Both the position numbers and the translations under genes were made by a program. DNA of 64,000 nt from a phage. A model generated the notes under the pieces. It was not told the DNA's origin and did no database searches. It worked only from the letters and a program-made list of their open reading frames with translations. The stretch lies in the sequence record PZ026127.1. One strand, given 5' to 3'. Shown one piece after another: positions 8,694 to 18,919 of the stretch. Each line of letters opens with the position of its first letter. Position 1 is the first letter of the stretch.

Positions 8694-8814
8694 TGGCTGA
8701 TGGCACAGGAGCCTGAAGATGATTTACTATCTTGAACCTTGGGCTTGGTCAACAATGATTATAGGCCCTATTTTAATCGGTTTATTCTTTTCATGGTTAG
8801 TGAGGAAATTGTAA

Positions 8815-9012
8815 ATGTTATACGATCCAAATGGTTGTTCTGAAGATGGTGTGATTGCCCTTTTAGCAGATGTTGAAGAATCTGACGATGACGTCTTTGT
8901 TAAAGATTGGGAAGAAAAAGGTGGAATTACGCTCCAACAAGAAAATGATATGATTTGTCTGAATGCAGACCAAGTCGAAGAGCTTTATAGTATTTTAAAA
9001 CATAACCGTTGA
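8815..9012 (+). CDS. Hypothetical acidic protein
   Basis: 65-aa ORF. Confidence 0.35.
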   Translation: MLYDPNGCSEDGVIALLADVEESDDDVFVKDWEEKGGITLQQENDMICLNADQVEELYSILKHNR

Positions 9013-9022
9013 GGAATAGAAA

Positions 9023-9583
9023 ATGATTATTGAAACAACTGAATTGTTTGGCGAACTGTCCGCTGAAGTAGTTAATAACGCAATTGAGCTTTCACAAGAA
9101 GACGATAAAATCGTACTGACTATCGCTGATATTAAACCGCTTTATGATTTAATGGTTTTAGATAGACACGATTATCTTAACGGTCGGGCTAGTGCTCCTA
9201 TCGATATCAATGATGATATGTTTGCCTATATCTATAAAAATGAAACCGGGTTTAATCTGGAAAATGGTATTGAATGTCTGAGCATCAGCGATTCTGATAA
9301 ATTCTTTGATTGTATTTTCAAACTGTTCCAGGAAGAATGCAAGCCGGAAGTTGAATGGAAAGTCCCTGGCCAAGATGCCGTGATTCGTTCTAGTGAAACC
9401 TTTGAAGGTGATGAAGAAGAACTGAATTATGATACTGAATTAACCGTGTATCAACATCAGGGCCGTGATTTGTTATCCTTGACCCAAAGACACGATGGTG
9501 AAAGTGAAGTGGTATTTACTAAAGACGAACTAAAAGTTTTAGTCTCTTATCTGAACTCTGTTATCCCAACTATGAACTCTTAA
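9023..9583 (+). CDS. Hypothetical acidic protein
   Basis: 186-aa ORF with SD GAGGAA upstream. Confidence 0.45.
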   Translation: MIIETTELFGELSAEVVNNAIELSQEDDKIVLTIADIKPLYDLMVLDRHDYLNGRASAPIDINDDMFAYIYKNETGFNLENGIECLSISDSDKFFDCIFKLFQEECKPEVEWKVPGQDAVIRSSETFEGDEEELNYDTELTVYQHQGRDLLSLTQRHDGESEVVFTKDELKVLVSYLNSVIPTMNS

Positions 9584-9593
9584 GGAAAATATT

Positions 9594-10052
9594 ATGATTA
9601 TGATTATCAATGCAAACTCTTGGCACGCTAAACTTCATGACCGTTTTTATGACAGTCATTCTCGACCGCACTCTTTATGTGCTTACTTCTGGAAAATGGT
9701 TTGGGCTTGTTTTGCTTGTGCTGTTGTTGCAGGTAGTACGCTTTTTGGATTAACTGTTGCAGGTGTTGGTGTATTAGAGCATTTCTTTGTATTAAGTACC
9801 CCTGTTCTGTTGAGTCTAGGGTTTGTTTTAGGATTGGTTGCAATAGCTCTTATTATTGCGCTATCCATTGGTTTGGCATTCGGTGCGATGAATTTACACG
9901 CATGGTATGATGCCCGTAGAGAAGAAAAGGAACGGCAACGTATTCAAGCTGAGCGTGAAGGCCGAGAAACTAAAGAAAACATCGTTATTCAATACATTAA
10001 AGCTCGTAAATCTAAGGTCTGTCCGGTAATCCACTTCGAGGACAAAGAATGA
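9594..10052 (+). CDS. Hypothetical membrane protein
   Basis: Two predicted hydrophobic helices; basic C-terminus. Confidence 0.45.
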   Translation: MIMIINANSWHAKLHDRFYDSHSRPHSLCAYFWKMVWACFACAVVAGSTLFGLTVAGVGVLEHFFVLSTPVLLSLGFVLGLVAIALIIALSIGLAFGAMNLHAWYDARREEKERQRIQAEREGRETKENIVIQYIKARKSKVCPVIHFEDKE

Positions 10053-11059
10053 GAACAGTTATGAAAGGCTACTTCGGTAGCCACCTTTATGGAACAAGTA
10101 CTCCAGAATCTGATGTTGATTTTAAAGAAATCTTTGTTCCACATCCGCGTGATATTCTGTTAGGTACGGCTATGAACCATACCAACCTGAATACGAATAA
10201 CACAGCTTCTAAAAACACTAAAGATGATGTTGACCACGAGCTTTACAGCCTGAAATATTTCTTTAAACTGGCTGCTGATGGCGAAACCGTTGCTCTGGAT
10301 ATGCTCCACACTCCACCTGAAATGGTGGTTAAATCTGATTTACCTGATGTATGGAAATTTATCCAAGACAATCGTTCTCGGTTCTATACGACTAACATGA
10401 AAGCCTATTTAGGGTACGTCCGTAAGCAAGCTTCTAAATATGGTGTTAAGGGTTCTCGACTAGCTGCACTGCGTGGTGTACTGGCTATTGTTAACCAGAT
10501 TCCTGAACAGTGGGTTGACTATCAAGAAGGAATCCCTGATAGACTTCGTCGTACTAAGGTAGAAGATATCAAACACAGACTCCCTGAAAATGAGTTCTGT
10601 GAATGGGTATTCCATAACCATGAGAAAACAGGCCCTCAAACGTTCTATACTGTTCTAGGACGTAAGTACCAAACTACTTTGTCTTTAATCGAGCTCAAGC
10701 AATCTCTGAATAAGCTTGATGCTGAATATGGCGAACGTGCTCGTAAGGCTGAAGCTAATGAAGGTATCGATTGGAAAGCTCTGAGCCATGCTTATCGTGC
10801 CGGTTATCAGTTGAAGGAAATCTATATGACCGGCGATCTCAAATATCCTTTACGTACAGCACCGTTTATCCTTGAAATCAAACAAGGGCTACATGCTTTT
10901 AAAGATGTGCAGGCTGAACTTGAAGCTATTGTAGATGAAGTCGAAACTAATGCTATCTGGGCCGCTAAGAATGGTATGCCTGATAAGGTAGACATGAAAT
11001 TCTGGGACAAGTTCGTTGAAGAGGTGTACCTAGAAAACCATAACTCGTATTATAAATGA
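10049..11059 (+). CDS. Pol-beta-superfamily nucleotidyltransferase-like protein
   Basis: N-terminal GSHLYGTSTPESDVDF fits the minimal NTase motif GS-x(9-13)-D-x-D; 336 aa. Confidence 0.45.
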   Translation: MRTVMKGYFGSHLYGTSTPESDVDFKEIFVPHPRDILLGTAMNHTNLNTNNTASKNTKDDVDHELYSLKYFFKLAADGETVALDMLHTPPEMVVKSDLPDVWKFIQDNRSRFYTTNMKAYLGYVRKQASKYGVKGSRLAALRGVLAIVNQIPEQWVDYQEGIPDRLRRTKVEDIKHRLPENEFCEWVFHNHEKTGPQTFYTVLGRKYQTTLSLIELKQSLNKLDAEYGERARKAEANEGIDWKALSHAYRAGYQLKEIYMTGDLKYPLRTAPFILEIKQGLHAFKDVQAELEAIVDEVETNAIWAAKNGMPDKVDMKFWDKFVEEVYLENHNSYYK

Positions 11060-11060
11060 T

Positions 11061-11082
11061 AAAAGGCCTTCGGGCCTTTTTT
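11061..11082 (+). terminator. Rho-independent terminator (UUCG tetraloop)
   Basis: AAAGGCC-TTCG-GGCCTTTTTT. Confidence 0.65.
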
Positions 11083-11101
11083 GGGTTTAGTGCAAAAAAG
11101 A

Positions 11102-11150
11102 GTTTACACTCTCGTAGAGCATGTTATTATGGACCTATCAAATCTACTGA
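11102..11150 (+). promoter_or_regulatory. Early promoter cassette (PeSL variant)
   Basis: GTTTAC 11102-11107; TATTAT -10-like; GGACCTATCAA conserved box. Confidence 0.45.
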
Positions 11151-11167
11151 GTGAAATGGAGAATATA

Positions 11168-12148
11168 ATGTTAACTATCAAAATCAACAAAGGTGTCTAT
11201 CGCGGTAATGAAATCTCTGGTACGTTCATGAGTTCAGGTAAAACCTGGTTCCCTAATAAAATTCATGAATCTGAAGCTCACCTCGGTGATGGTAAGGTAT
11301 TCGTACAGATTGATGGTGTTGAACGTGGTGTATGGGTATTCAAATCTGATATCGAAACCGAAGGTGCTGAAGCTCCTGTAGTGGTTACCGAATCTTCTGA
11401 AGAAATGAAACACCGCATCAACAAACGTTTTAAAGTAATGAACATGATGACTAATGGAATCATCGATGGTAAAATTCGTTCCCTTATCATCTCTGGTGCC
11501 GCAGGTATTGGTAAAACATATTCTTTGGATAAAGCATTACAGAATGCCCACGAAAATGAAACTATCGAATATAAATCAATCAACGGAAAGATTAGTGGAA
11601 TCGGTCTTTACGAGCAGCTTTGGAATAACCGCGGCCCTAATAGTGTTCTTCTTATTGATGATGTTGATGTATTCTCTGATATGGATATCCTGAACCTGTT
11701 AAAAGCAGCATTGGATACCGGTGAAAAACGTAAGGTGTGCTGGAGCACTTCAAGTTCTTACCTCGATGATAAAAATATCGATAAAGAATTCGAATACGAA
11801 GGCACCATCGTGTTCATCACCAACGTTGATATCGACCGTGAATTAGAGCGCGGAACTAAACTTGCTCCACACCTCCAGGCTTTAGTATCTCGTTCAGTTT
11901 ACTTAGACCTCGGAGTTCACTCTAACGAAGAGATTATGGTCCGTGTTGAAGACGTTATCCTGTCCACTGATATGATGCAAAACCGTGGTCTGACTGATGC
12001 CGAGACTTATCAAGCACTGTCCTGGATGAAGGCTAATGTATCTCGTCTTCGTAACGTATCATTACGTACAGCTCTTTATCTGGCGGACTTCATTGCCACC
12101 GATAAAAATGACTGGAGCGAAATCGCTGAAGTTACACTTCTGAAATAA
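11168..12148 (+). CDS. AAA-type ATPase, unknown function
   Basis: Walker A GAAGIGKT, Walker B LLIDDVD; start set at ATG 11168 downstream of GGAG (ATG 11156 is an alternative). Confidence 0.5.
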   Translation: MLTIKINKGVYRGNEISGTFMSSGKTWFPNKIHESEAHLGDGKVFVQIDGVERGVWVFKSDIETEGAEAPVVVTESSEEMKHRINKRFKVMNMMTNGIIDGKIRSLIISGAAGIGKTYSLDKALQNAHENETIEYKSINGKISGIGLYEQLWNNRGPNSVLLIDDVDVFSDMDILNLLKAALDTGEKRKVCWSTSSSYLDDKNIDKEFEYEGTIVFITNVDIDRELERGTKLAPHLQALVSRSVYLDLGVHSNEEIMVRVEDVILSTDMMQNRGLTDAETYQALSWMKANVSRLRNVSLRTALYLADFIATDKNDWSEIAEVTLLK

Positions 12149-12158
12149 AGGTGAAATT

Positions 12159-12500
12159 ATGTTCGAACAATTTATTTACAATCTTTATAACGCAGGTCAG
12201 ACTTTTTCCAAAGCTATGAAACAGTCTGTTGAAGACTATATTAATGAATGTAGTACTAAGTTTTCTGAGAAATTCTATAAAAATCCGTGTAGTGGAGGAG
12301 ACTTCAGGAGACTGCGCTTGGCCGTTAACACCCAGGCCTTAATAAATCTAGACCGCAAGCAGGTAAAGTTGGCAGGCGACTTCCGAGATGAACTCTGCGC
12401 CATCAGGAATGAATATCGCATTCGTATTGAACACCAACGGAAAGAGAACACTCAATCCGCATGGTTTAGTGGTCAAGCCGGTGAAAAAAGTTTCTATTAG
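12159..12500 (+). CDS. Hypothetical protein
   Basis: 113-aa ORF. Confidence 0.4.
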   Translation: MFEQFIYNLYNAGQTFSKAMKQSVEDYINECSTKFSEKFYKNPCSGGDFRRLRLAVNTQALINLDRKQVKLAGDFRDELCAIRNEYRIRIEHQRKENTQSAWFSGQAGEKSFY

Positions 12501-12502
12501 TT

Positions 12503-12552
12503 GTTTACATCTCCAGTAGAAATGATACTATAGACCTATCAACTACTGGAGG
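12503..12552 (+). promoter_or_regulatory. Early promoter / stem-loop cassette (PeSL-like)
   Basis: GTTTAC 12503-12508; TGaTACTAT; inverted repeat CTCCAGTAG (12511-12519) / CTACTGGAG (12543-12551), compensatory relative to other copies; ATG 12558. Confidence 0.6.
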
Positions 12553-12557
12553 TTATC

Positions 12558-13082
12558 ATGAACGCTAAAGATATTTTTTCACTGATTAATTTCAACAACG
12601 GTAATTTCAAATCTGAAAAACAAAGCAAGTTCTTTAACGACGTTGCTTGTGGTAATGAGATTACCGTATCTGGAGGAGAGATTTACAAAAGCCGTTGGAA
12701 CTGGATTGTTATCATCGATTCAGTTGGTATTGTAGAGCTCTATAAAAACACTAACAAAAAACGTACTCTTCACTGGAGTCGTGAAACCAATCAAGCTTAT
12801 CAAGCTGAACGTAACAAACGTTTAATGCCTACCGAATCTGACCTGGCAAACGTTAAATCTGATATCGCTTATTTCGATAATCTGATTGCTGAACAACAAG
12901 CAGTTATTGATAAGTTTGACGAAATCAAAGCTTGTAAAGAGATTCCTGAATTTATGCGGGAATCAGTAAACGAACAGTACGCCCTCACTTCAGGTCGTAT
13001 CGAGCAGTACAAATCACAACGAGCTGAACGCCAAGCTCTGCTTCATAAATTTGAAGAGCGTTTAAAGACGGTTCTCGCATAA
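12558..13082 (+). CDS. Hypothetical protein
   Basis: 174-aa ORF downstream of cassette. Confidence 0.45.
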   Translation: MNAKDIFSLINFNNGNFKSEKQSKFFNDVACGNEITVSGGEIYKSRWNWIVIIDSVGIVELYKNTNKKRTLHWSRETNQAYQAERNKRLMPTESDLANVKSDIAYFDNLIAEQQAVIDKFDEIKACKEIPEFMRESVNEQYALTSGRIEQYKSQRAERQALLHKFEERLKTVLA

Positions 13083-13145
13083 ACGCTTTATACCAAGGAT
13101 GGTATAATGGTTCTAGGTTCTTAATTACTTACTGAGGAAATTATT

Positions 13146-13988
13146 ATGTCACAGGCAATTAATCAAATTCGTTCTGAAGTTAAAAAAGTTATTAAATTTG
13201 GTCGTATTCCACTGAATAAAGAAGTGGTTGAAAAGGTTTTGGCCATGATGTGGGAAAAGTTTGAAGTTTGTATTTCTGTAGATGAATTCACTAAAATATT
13301 TGACAAGACTAAAGGTTTGTTTACGTTAGAAGACCGAGTCATGAAATCTCTTCACAGGGCCGGTATGTTGACTCGTGCTAACGCCAGAATTATTCTTAGA
13401 AATTATAACAAAGGCTATGACCTCTATGGTCGTTTAATTCCAGCGATGTCATTTGATGAAGTTGTTAAAGACCTTCGTACTAACCAACGTCGTTTACTAG
13501 CACTGGGTGCTCGCCTTGCAAAAGGTCAAGATAAGCAAATGCCATTTAAGACTAATGGTTCAGGCGATTGGATTATCTTTAATATTGTCAACCAACCAGG
13601 TAACGAAAACGAGTATCTTACTTCAACTTTTAGTGGTTGTCAATATGACAACTGGAAATTCCATCTTCGATTGGCTTTGTCCGAACTCGAACGTAGTGGT
13701 ATTCTTACCTTCGATAATGTTAATACCAGTACAGGCTGGCGTATTAAACTTGTTAAGCCAGGTAATGATGTTAAGAGTCATTCAGAAGCTCCTAAACCGG
13801 AACCTGTACCAGTGCGCAGCAATGAGAAGCACCAAGCTCAAATCGAGTATTTTAGCAATTTGCTTACTTGTCTTAATGTTACAATTCAACAACAAGATGA
13901 TGAGATTTTCCGACTCTCTGGTCTGAATGCTAAAGCCGAGGCTGAACGTCAAAAATATATCGATATCCTAAATCTTCTTAAGGATTAA
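13146..13988 (+). CDS. Hypothetical protein
   Basis: 280-aa ORF; SD GAGGAAA upstream. Confidence 0.45.
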   Translation: MSQAINQIRSEVKKVIKFGRIPLNKEVVEKVLAMMWEKFEVCISVDEFTKIFDKTKGLFTLEDRVMKSLHRAGMLTRANARIILRNYNKGYDLYGRLIPAMSFDEVVKDLRTNQRRLLALGARLAKGQDKQMPFKTNGSGDWIIFNIVNQPGNENEYLTSTFSGCQYDNWKFHLRLALSELERSGILTFDNVNTSTGWRIKLVKPGNDVKSHSEAPKPEPVPVRSNEKHQAQIEYFSNLLTCLNVTIQQQDDEIFRLSGLNAKAEAERQKYIDILNLLKD

Positions 13989-13990
13989 TT

Positions 13991-14206
13991 ATGGAAATTA
14001 TTGGTTTTATTCTTGCTTATCTTGTGATAGGATTTATTACTGCTTTGATTGCGCATAAAACAGGCGCGTGGAACCCGGTTAAAATTGAATCAAGCTATGA
14101 TGCGGTATTCATTACATTTGTATGGCCAGTATTTTGCTTTGCCTGGTTATGTATGCTAATTCTGTGGCCTATCGCTAAACTCTATGAAAAATTATTTGGA
14201 CTCTGA
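13991..14206 (+). CDS. Hypothetical membrane protein
   Basis: 71 aa, two hydrophobic helices. Confidence 0.4.
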   Translation: MEIIGFILAYLVIGFITALIAHKTGAWNPVKIESSYDAVFITFVWPVFCFAWLCMLILWPIAKLYEKLFGL

Positions 14207-14207
14207 T

Positions 14208-15077
14208 ATGAACATTAAAACACGTAAAGAATATTCCATCTATGACCATGACACGACTCGTCGTATCGCTATCGATCGGCTGGCCGACTTCGGTCATATT
14301 TGTAATGGTAATTATACTTATGGTGTAGGTCGTAAAGGGACTTATATTAGTTCTTTGAACGATTATTGCCGTTGCCCTGCTCATTTATTTGGTGCAACAC
14401 TGCGAGCTAATATCAAAGACCTCTTGGCTACTGCAGGACGTATTTCTACGGTTCCTGTCAATATCAAGAATATTAATTTTACGGCTCGTAACCTAGTCAT
14501 TAATATTCTGCCTGACGGTATTCAAGTTCGTTTCCGTCCTACCTCAAAAGGTAATAAGGCCCTTCGTGAAGCATTCGAAACCTTATTCAGAGAGGCAATG
14601 ACCCGTATTAAGGCAGTAGAATCATATAAAGTTACAACCGATGAATATGCTGATTGTTTTGAGCGGGCTGATGCAGTGTATTTTAATGTTAAACTAACTC
14701 GTGAATATCTTTTGTCTTATGCCCCTTATCAATCCCAACAAAAGGAACCACAAATGGAACGTCGTATCTCTACCGCATCATATGGGCCCGTAGGCCAGTA
14801 TGCAGCCTATGACAGATTCAAAACCACGGCTGTACCGAGTCCATTCAATTCTGAACCGTATCATTGGAAAATTAAACCCGAGAATTCTTTGGTGGTTACT
14901 AACCCTACGATGAAACCTATCGAGAAGTATCATGAGGACCACCTCCAGGAATCAATCCACCGTTTAAACGGCCAGATCGAAGATGAGAAAAAGAGTATCC
15001 AAGACGTATTGATTCGCATCAAGAACATGGAACTCCAGCGTGACAAGCTCCGCGCGGCAGTATTAGCTCTAAAATAA
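14208..15077 (+). CDS. Hypothetical protein
   Basis: Long ORF in the 14184 frame; start uncertain (ATG 14208 chosen). Confidence 0.4.
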   Translation: MNIKTRKEYSIYDHDTTRRIAIDRLADFGHICNGNYTYGVGRKGTYISSLNDYCRCPAHLFGATLRANIKDLLATAGRISTVPVNIKNINFTARNLVINILPDGIQVRFRPTSKGNKALREAFETLFREAMTRIKAVESYKVTTDEYADCFERADAVYFNVKLTREYLLSYAPYQSQQKEPQMERRISTASYGPVGQYAAYDRFKTTAVPSPFNSEPYHWKIKPENSLVVTNPTMKPIEKYHEDHLQESIHRLNGQIEDEKKSIQDVLIRIKNMELQRDKLRAAVLALK

Positions 15078-15078
15078 T

Positions 15079-15110
15079 GTTTACATCCAAGGATGGATGG
15101 AGTATAATCT
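15079..15110 (+). promoter_or_regulatory. Sigma70-type early promoter
   Basis: GTTTAC 15079-15084, about 18-nt spacer, TATAAT 15103-15108; ATG 15135. Confidence 0.5.
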
Positions 15111-15134
15111 TTTAAATCTACTGAGGAGAATATC

Positions 15135-16145
15135 ATGACTCGTACTGAATACATCAATGCCTTTACTACGTATATCACTACCAACACCCCTCCGTTAACC
15201 CCATACGAGGTAATAGTTTCTAATATCAATAAATGGGTCGACCAAATTGATGATGCATTATCGCGCTGTTTCAAAGCTGAAATCGAAAAGATTGCAGGCC
15301 GTTTGTGCATTCATGATATCATTAAAACATTTAAAGGTTCTCGACTGCTTTCGCGCCTGGTCAATAAGGACATCCTTTCTGAGTTCGGTAAAGAGAAATA
15401 TCCAGGTTCCAACCGTGTTGTTAGCTACAAATGGTTTGGTGATACCATAAAAGGTTATATCAAAATTAAAGGTATGGACCCTAATAGTTTATTTCCGCAA
15501 CGTTGGGTTAGCGAATTCAAGGCTAACTCTGCATTAATTCTCAAAGCGGCCTCTAAAACTATAGTTTCCGGTGATTGTCGTACTATTCACCCGATGGCTA
15601 ATTGCATGATTAAAACAAATAGTTATAAAGGAAAAGCTATTATTTCTGTTATTTGGTCACCTAATAGGAAACCTAAAGATGATGTGGAAGTTGTAAAGTA
15701 TCAAGATATTGCTTACGATACCTTGAATACTATCGAACAAGCTTTAGCTCTGATGGATACCGTAGAGAAATATGAGACCCAAGAAGTTAAACACCACTTA
15801 GGCTGGAAAGGATATGAAGTCTTAGTAACAGTCCGTGAAATCAAATGTACCGTTCCAAAAACTGATGCTGAAATTTACCAAGAAAAATGTGAGGAAATTG
15901 TGAACACTGATAAAGAGCCTGCTACATTAGAAGATTTGATTAACGACTTGAACAGCCCTATCATGGCCCCTACACCAATTACTAAATCCAAGTTACCGGA
16001 AATCGTGGCCTTAGAAAAAGCGTATAAAGATGCCCTTGCTATTAACAAAAAACTGACTGGGCAATATACCGCTGCCAAGAAACTTTGGGAAGAGTCTACC
16101 AATCGTTTAGACCGTCTTGAACAAGCTCTGGAGCTGTTGAAATGA
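15135..16145 (+). CDS. Hypothetical protein
   Basis: 336-aa ORF. Confidence 0.45.
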   Translation: MTRTEYINAFTTYITTNTPPLTPYEVIVSNINKWVDQIDDALSRCFKAEIEKIAGRLCIHDIIKTFKGSRLLSRLVNKDILSEFGKEKYPGSNRVVSYKWFGDTIKGYIKIKGMDPNSLFPQRWVSEFKANSALILKAASKTIVSGDCRTIHPMANCMIKTNSYKGKAIISVIWSPNRKPKDDVEVVKYQDIAYDTLNTIEQALALMDTVEKYETQEVKHHLGWKGYEVLVTVREIKCTVPKTDAEIYQEKCEEIVNTDKEPATLEDLINDLNSPIMAPTPITKSKLPEIVALEKAYKDALAINKKLTGQYTAAKKLWEESTNRLDRLEQALELLK

Positions 16146-16363
16146 AATACCAATTAGCTGAAGATATTGACCAAACTATTCCTGATTGGAATGCCATTAT
16201 TAAAATTGTCGCACGACGAGAACAAGCTTCTAAGAACGTTCCGAACTGTCCGGAATGTGGAACTGAACAGGTTCAATTGGTCCATTGGCAGACTAGTAAT
16301 CTTCGTTACAAATGCCGCCATTGTAAACATAAATTTGAGCGAGAAGAAAATGGCAAAGCGTAA
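16142..16363 (+). CDS. Small zinc-ribbon protein
   Basis: CPECG...CRHCKH Cys4 arrangement; 73 aa. Confidence 0.4.
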   Translation: MKYQLAEDIDQTIPDWNAIIKIVARREQASKNVPNCPECGTEQVQLVHWQTSNLRYKCRHCKHKFEREENGKA

Positions 16364-16586
16364 AGAATATGTAGAGGCTGCCGATAAGGCAGTCCGCGAA
16401 CTTACTCTAGCTTATTATAAAGAGCACGGTAAATTTCCGGACAGTTATTCAGTATTGAAATCTGCTTTAACTCGCTCGTATAATAATATACTATCTGATG
16501 TGTATAATTTAAAATATGAGCACATGGAAAAATACGGAACAGAACTCGACCGTTCTGAAGCATTCAAACAAATATTAGGAATTTAA
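16350..16586 (+). CDS. Hypothetical protein
   Basis: Start at ATG 16350 in the 16167 frame, overlapping upstream stop. Confidence 0.35.
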   Translation: MAKRKEYVEAADKAVRELTLAYYKEHGKFPDSYSVLKSALTRSYNNILSDVYNLKYEHMEKYGTELDRSEAFKQILGI

Positions 16587-16587
16587 A

Positions 16588-16851
16588 ATGTTTAAAGTTT
16601 ATGGTTATGATTCAAATATTCACCGTTGTGTTTTCTGTGATAATGCCAAACGACTGCTTGATGTTAAGAAACAACCTTACGAATTCATTAACGTGATGCC
16701 GGAAAAAGGTGTATTTGATGATGAGAAGATTGCTCAACTCCTGGCTGCGCTTGGTCGCGAATCTCAAATCGGTTTGACCATGCCGCAAGTATTTGCCCCT
16801 GATGGAAGTCATATTGGTGGCTTTGACCAACTGCGAGCGTATTTCAAATGA
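16588..16851 (+). CDS. nrdC: Thioredoxin/glutaredoxin (NrdC-like)
   Basis: 87 aa; active-site CVFC followed by DNAKRLL as in T4 NrdC; GGFDQL C-terminal glutaredoxin-like motif. Confidence 0.8.
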   Translation: MFKVYGYDSNIHRCVFCDNAKRLLDVKKQPYEFINVMPEKGVFDDEKIAQLLAALGRESQIGLTMPQVFAPDGSHIGGFDQLRAYFK

Positions 16852-17009
16852 TTGAATTAATGTTGGTTGTTTTGTATCTTATCATCGGTATTGGTTATGC
16901 TAAGACCCTAGCTAAATTAGATGATTCAGGTGACTTTTGTTCATGGCTGACGTCTATGATTTGTTGGCCTTTATTTCTGGTTGGTGCTTCATTCTGGAAC
17001 TTCAAATGA
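16848..17009 (+). CDS. Small hydrophobic membrane peptide
   Basis: 53-aa ORF with ATGA overlap with nrdC; below track cutoff. Confidence 0.3.
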   Translation: MIELMLVVLYLIIGIGYAKTLAKLDDSGDFCSWLTSMICWPLFLVGASFWNFK

Positions 17010-17194
17010 CTGAATTTGATACAGCTTATGGAACCTGCGCAAGAGAGTTTACAAGTGAGTTTGATACTCCTGCGCCTAGTAAAGAAACCGTATTGGCAAA
17101 TCTCCCGGATTGGTTAAAAGAAGAAGCCAACGAATGGGGCTGGACTGATACTTGTGTACGTGACCAGCTATTTGAATTTATGGTGGAATTATGA
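17006..17194 (+). CDS. Hypothetical acidic protein
   Basis: Start at ATG 17006 in the 16937 frame. Confidence 0.35.
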   Translation: MTEFDTAYGTCAREFTSEFDTPAPSKETVLANLPDWLKEEANEWGWTDTCVRDQLFEFMVEL

Positions 17195-17499
17195 TTGAAT
17201 TAAACGAACAAACCATTTTTCTAGGTGATGGTACCGAAGATGACCTGGAATATAAACTATACGAATATATGGTTTGGTTGGCTAAAGCAGAAGGTATAGA
17301 CTTTGCTGTAGCCCATCCATATGGCGAGAACACTGTTGTAATCGGCGGCACCGCTTACGAAGTCCAATGGCAATACGTTGGGCTTGAATCCGAAGAATTT
17401 GAAGAAGATGAACACGGCGATTGGCATCCGGTTGGTCCTTGGTACTGGGACAACGGTGAACCTGATTTTGAAGTAAGTTGTTATTGGTGTGACCGATAA
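17191..17499 (+). CDS. Hypothetical acidic protein
   Basis: 102 aa, Trp-rich C-terminus. Confidence 0.4.
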   Translation: MIELNEQTIFLGDGTEDDLEYKLYEYMVWLAKAEGIDFAVAHPYGENTVVIGGTAYEVQWQYVGLESEEFEEDEHGDWHPVGPWYWDNGEPDFEVSCYWCDR

Positions 17500-17545
17500 G
17501 CCATGGTATGTCGCTCGGTGGAAAACTACCGAGCCAGAGGAACCT

Positions 17546-17575
17546 GTTTACAACGATTCCGAAATAGAGTATAAT
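17546..17575 (+). promoter_or_regulatory. Sigma70-type early promoter
   Basis: GTTTAC 17546-17551, 18-nt spacer, TATAAT 17570-17575. Confidence 0.55.
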
Positions 17576-17615
17576 GAACCTTCAAACAATGATTTAATCG
17601 ATATGGAGTTTGGAT

Positions 17616-17789
17616 ATGAGTACCAAAATTGAAGTTGGCCGTCATAAAGGCCGTCTGATTGAACATTCGCTTTACGAATTGTCGGATTCGGGTTCTTTAC
17701 CTGACTTAGAATCCGATTTGATTAAAGCTGCAGCCGATTATATTCATTGGCTTGAAGCTCAACTTCGCTTTTCCGATGGGGCCTTCTGA
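17616..17789 (+). CDS. Hypothetical small protein
   Basis: 57-aa ORF downstream of promoter; TGATG overlap with next gene. Confidence 0.35.
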   Translation: MSTKIEVGRHKGRLIEHSLYELSDSGSLPDLESDLIKAAADYIHWLEAQLRFSDGAF

Positions 17790-18091
17790 TGAATTTATTT
17801 GAATTTGAAGGTAAAACTGTTCGTATTACTGAAGAAGATGTCGACCACTATGTTGACTGGCCTGAATTAAACGGCAATCGCGGCTTTGAATCAGGCGAGC
17901 TTTGTGAAGGCGCCGAAGTTAAAATCCTTAAGGTGGAGATTTCTCCCTGGGGCGACCCTGAAATCATCGGCGTAACTGCTATCGAATTTAATGGTAAGGT
18001 ATACGAATACACTAAAGAAATGTTTGAAGATACTAAAGCTTCATTCTGGTGTTTTTGGACTAACGATGATAATGAATTTGAGGTCGCATGA
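17789..18091 (+). CDS. Hypothetical acidic protein
   Basis: 100-aa ORF. Confidence 0.4.
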   Translation: MNLFEFEGKTVRITEEDVDHYVDWPELNGNRGFESGELCEGAEVKILKVEISPWGDPEIIGVTAIEFNGKVYEYTKEMFEDTKASFWCFWTNDDNEFEVA

Positions 18092-18445
18092 AAACTGTAT
18101 TAGTCTATACCGAAAAATTAAATGGCGGTAAGGTCTGGAAACTTCTTATTAAAGGAAGTCCTACTGACCAGTTTATGGCCACTTGTGTAGGGTTATACAC
18201 CCGTCCTACTAAAAAGATGATTCGACAATTTAAACGTTTGCATCGTTCGTTCTATAAGGACTAATTATGGACGCCTTATTAGATATGAGAATAGGTCCTG
18301 ATGGTAATCCTTTTGTTATGGTGTTTTGGATTGCTGTTTCTCTATTAGGTTCTTTAGCTTTAGCCTGGATTGTTGCCAAGCTAGAAGGTTATCCTGGAAA
18401 GAAATCTTAATAAATACCCTTATCTAATAATGGTAAGGGTTTATT

Positions 18446-18919
18446 ATGTTGCTGACTGGCAAGCTTTATAAAGAACAAAAAGAACAGATGTACAAAGAAC
18501 AACAGGGCTTGTGTTTAGTATGTAAACAGCATCTAAATACAGATGTTCAAAGTAACCACTTAGACCACTCTCATGATTTAGAAGGGTCACAAGCCGGACG
18601 AGTTCGTGGGTTGCTCTGTAATCTTTGTAATGCCTGGGAAGGGCGCAGCAGACACCAATTTGTACGCTCTGGTCTTAAAGGTCGTGGAAACGACTACCTC
18701 GAGTGTCTTAAAAATCTGGTTGCGTACCTCGAGAATGATTGCTCAAAGAATCCTATTCACCCTACCTTTGTAACTGACAAAACCAAAGAGTTCAGCAGGT
18801 TGGGTAAGGATGAAATGATTGCTGAAATGCTTTCGCATGGAATGACTTATAATGAATCTGATACTAAGAAACAAATGGTCGATTCGTTTAAAAAACAACT
18901 GAGGAAATCGCTTAAATGA
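18446..18919 (+). CDS. 49: Endonuclease VII (Holliday junction resolvase)
   Basis: 157 aa; very strong match to T4 gp49 (MLLTGKLYKE, RGLLCNLCNA, SGLKG, KEFSRLGK, FKKQLRKSLK). Confidence 0.92.
   Translation: MLLTGKLYKEQKEQMYKEQQGLCLVCKQHLNTDVQSNHLDHSHDLEGSQAGRVRGLLCNLCNAWEGRSRHQFVRSGLKGRGNDYLECLKNLVAYLENDCSKNPIHPTFVTDKTKEFSRLGKDEMIAEMLSHGMTYNESDTKKQMVDSFKKQLRKSLK

Noticed and set aside
13507-13926. Plus-strand 139-aa ORF in an alternative frame inside 13146-13988
   Set aside because: Fully embedded in a longer ORF with a better start context; likely a frame artefact.
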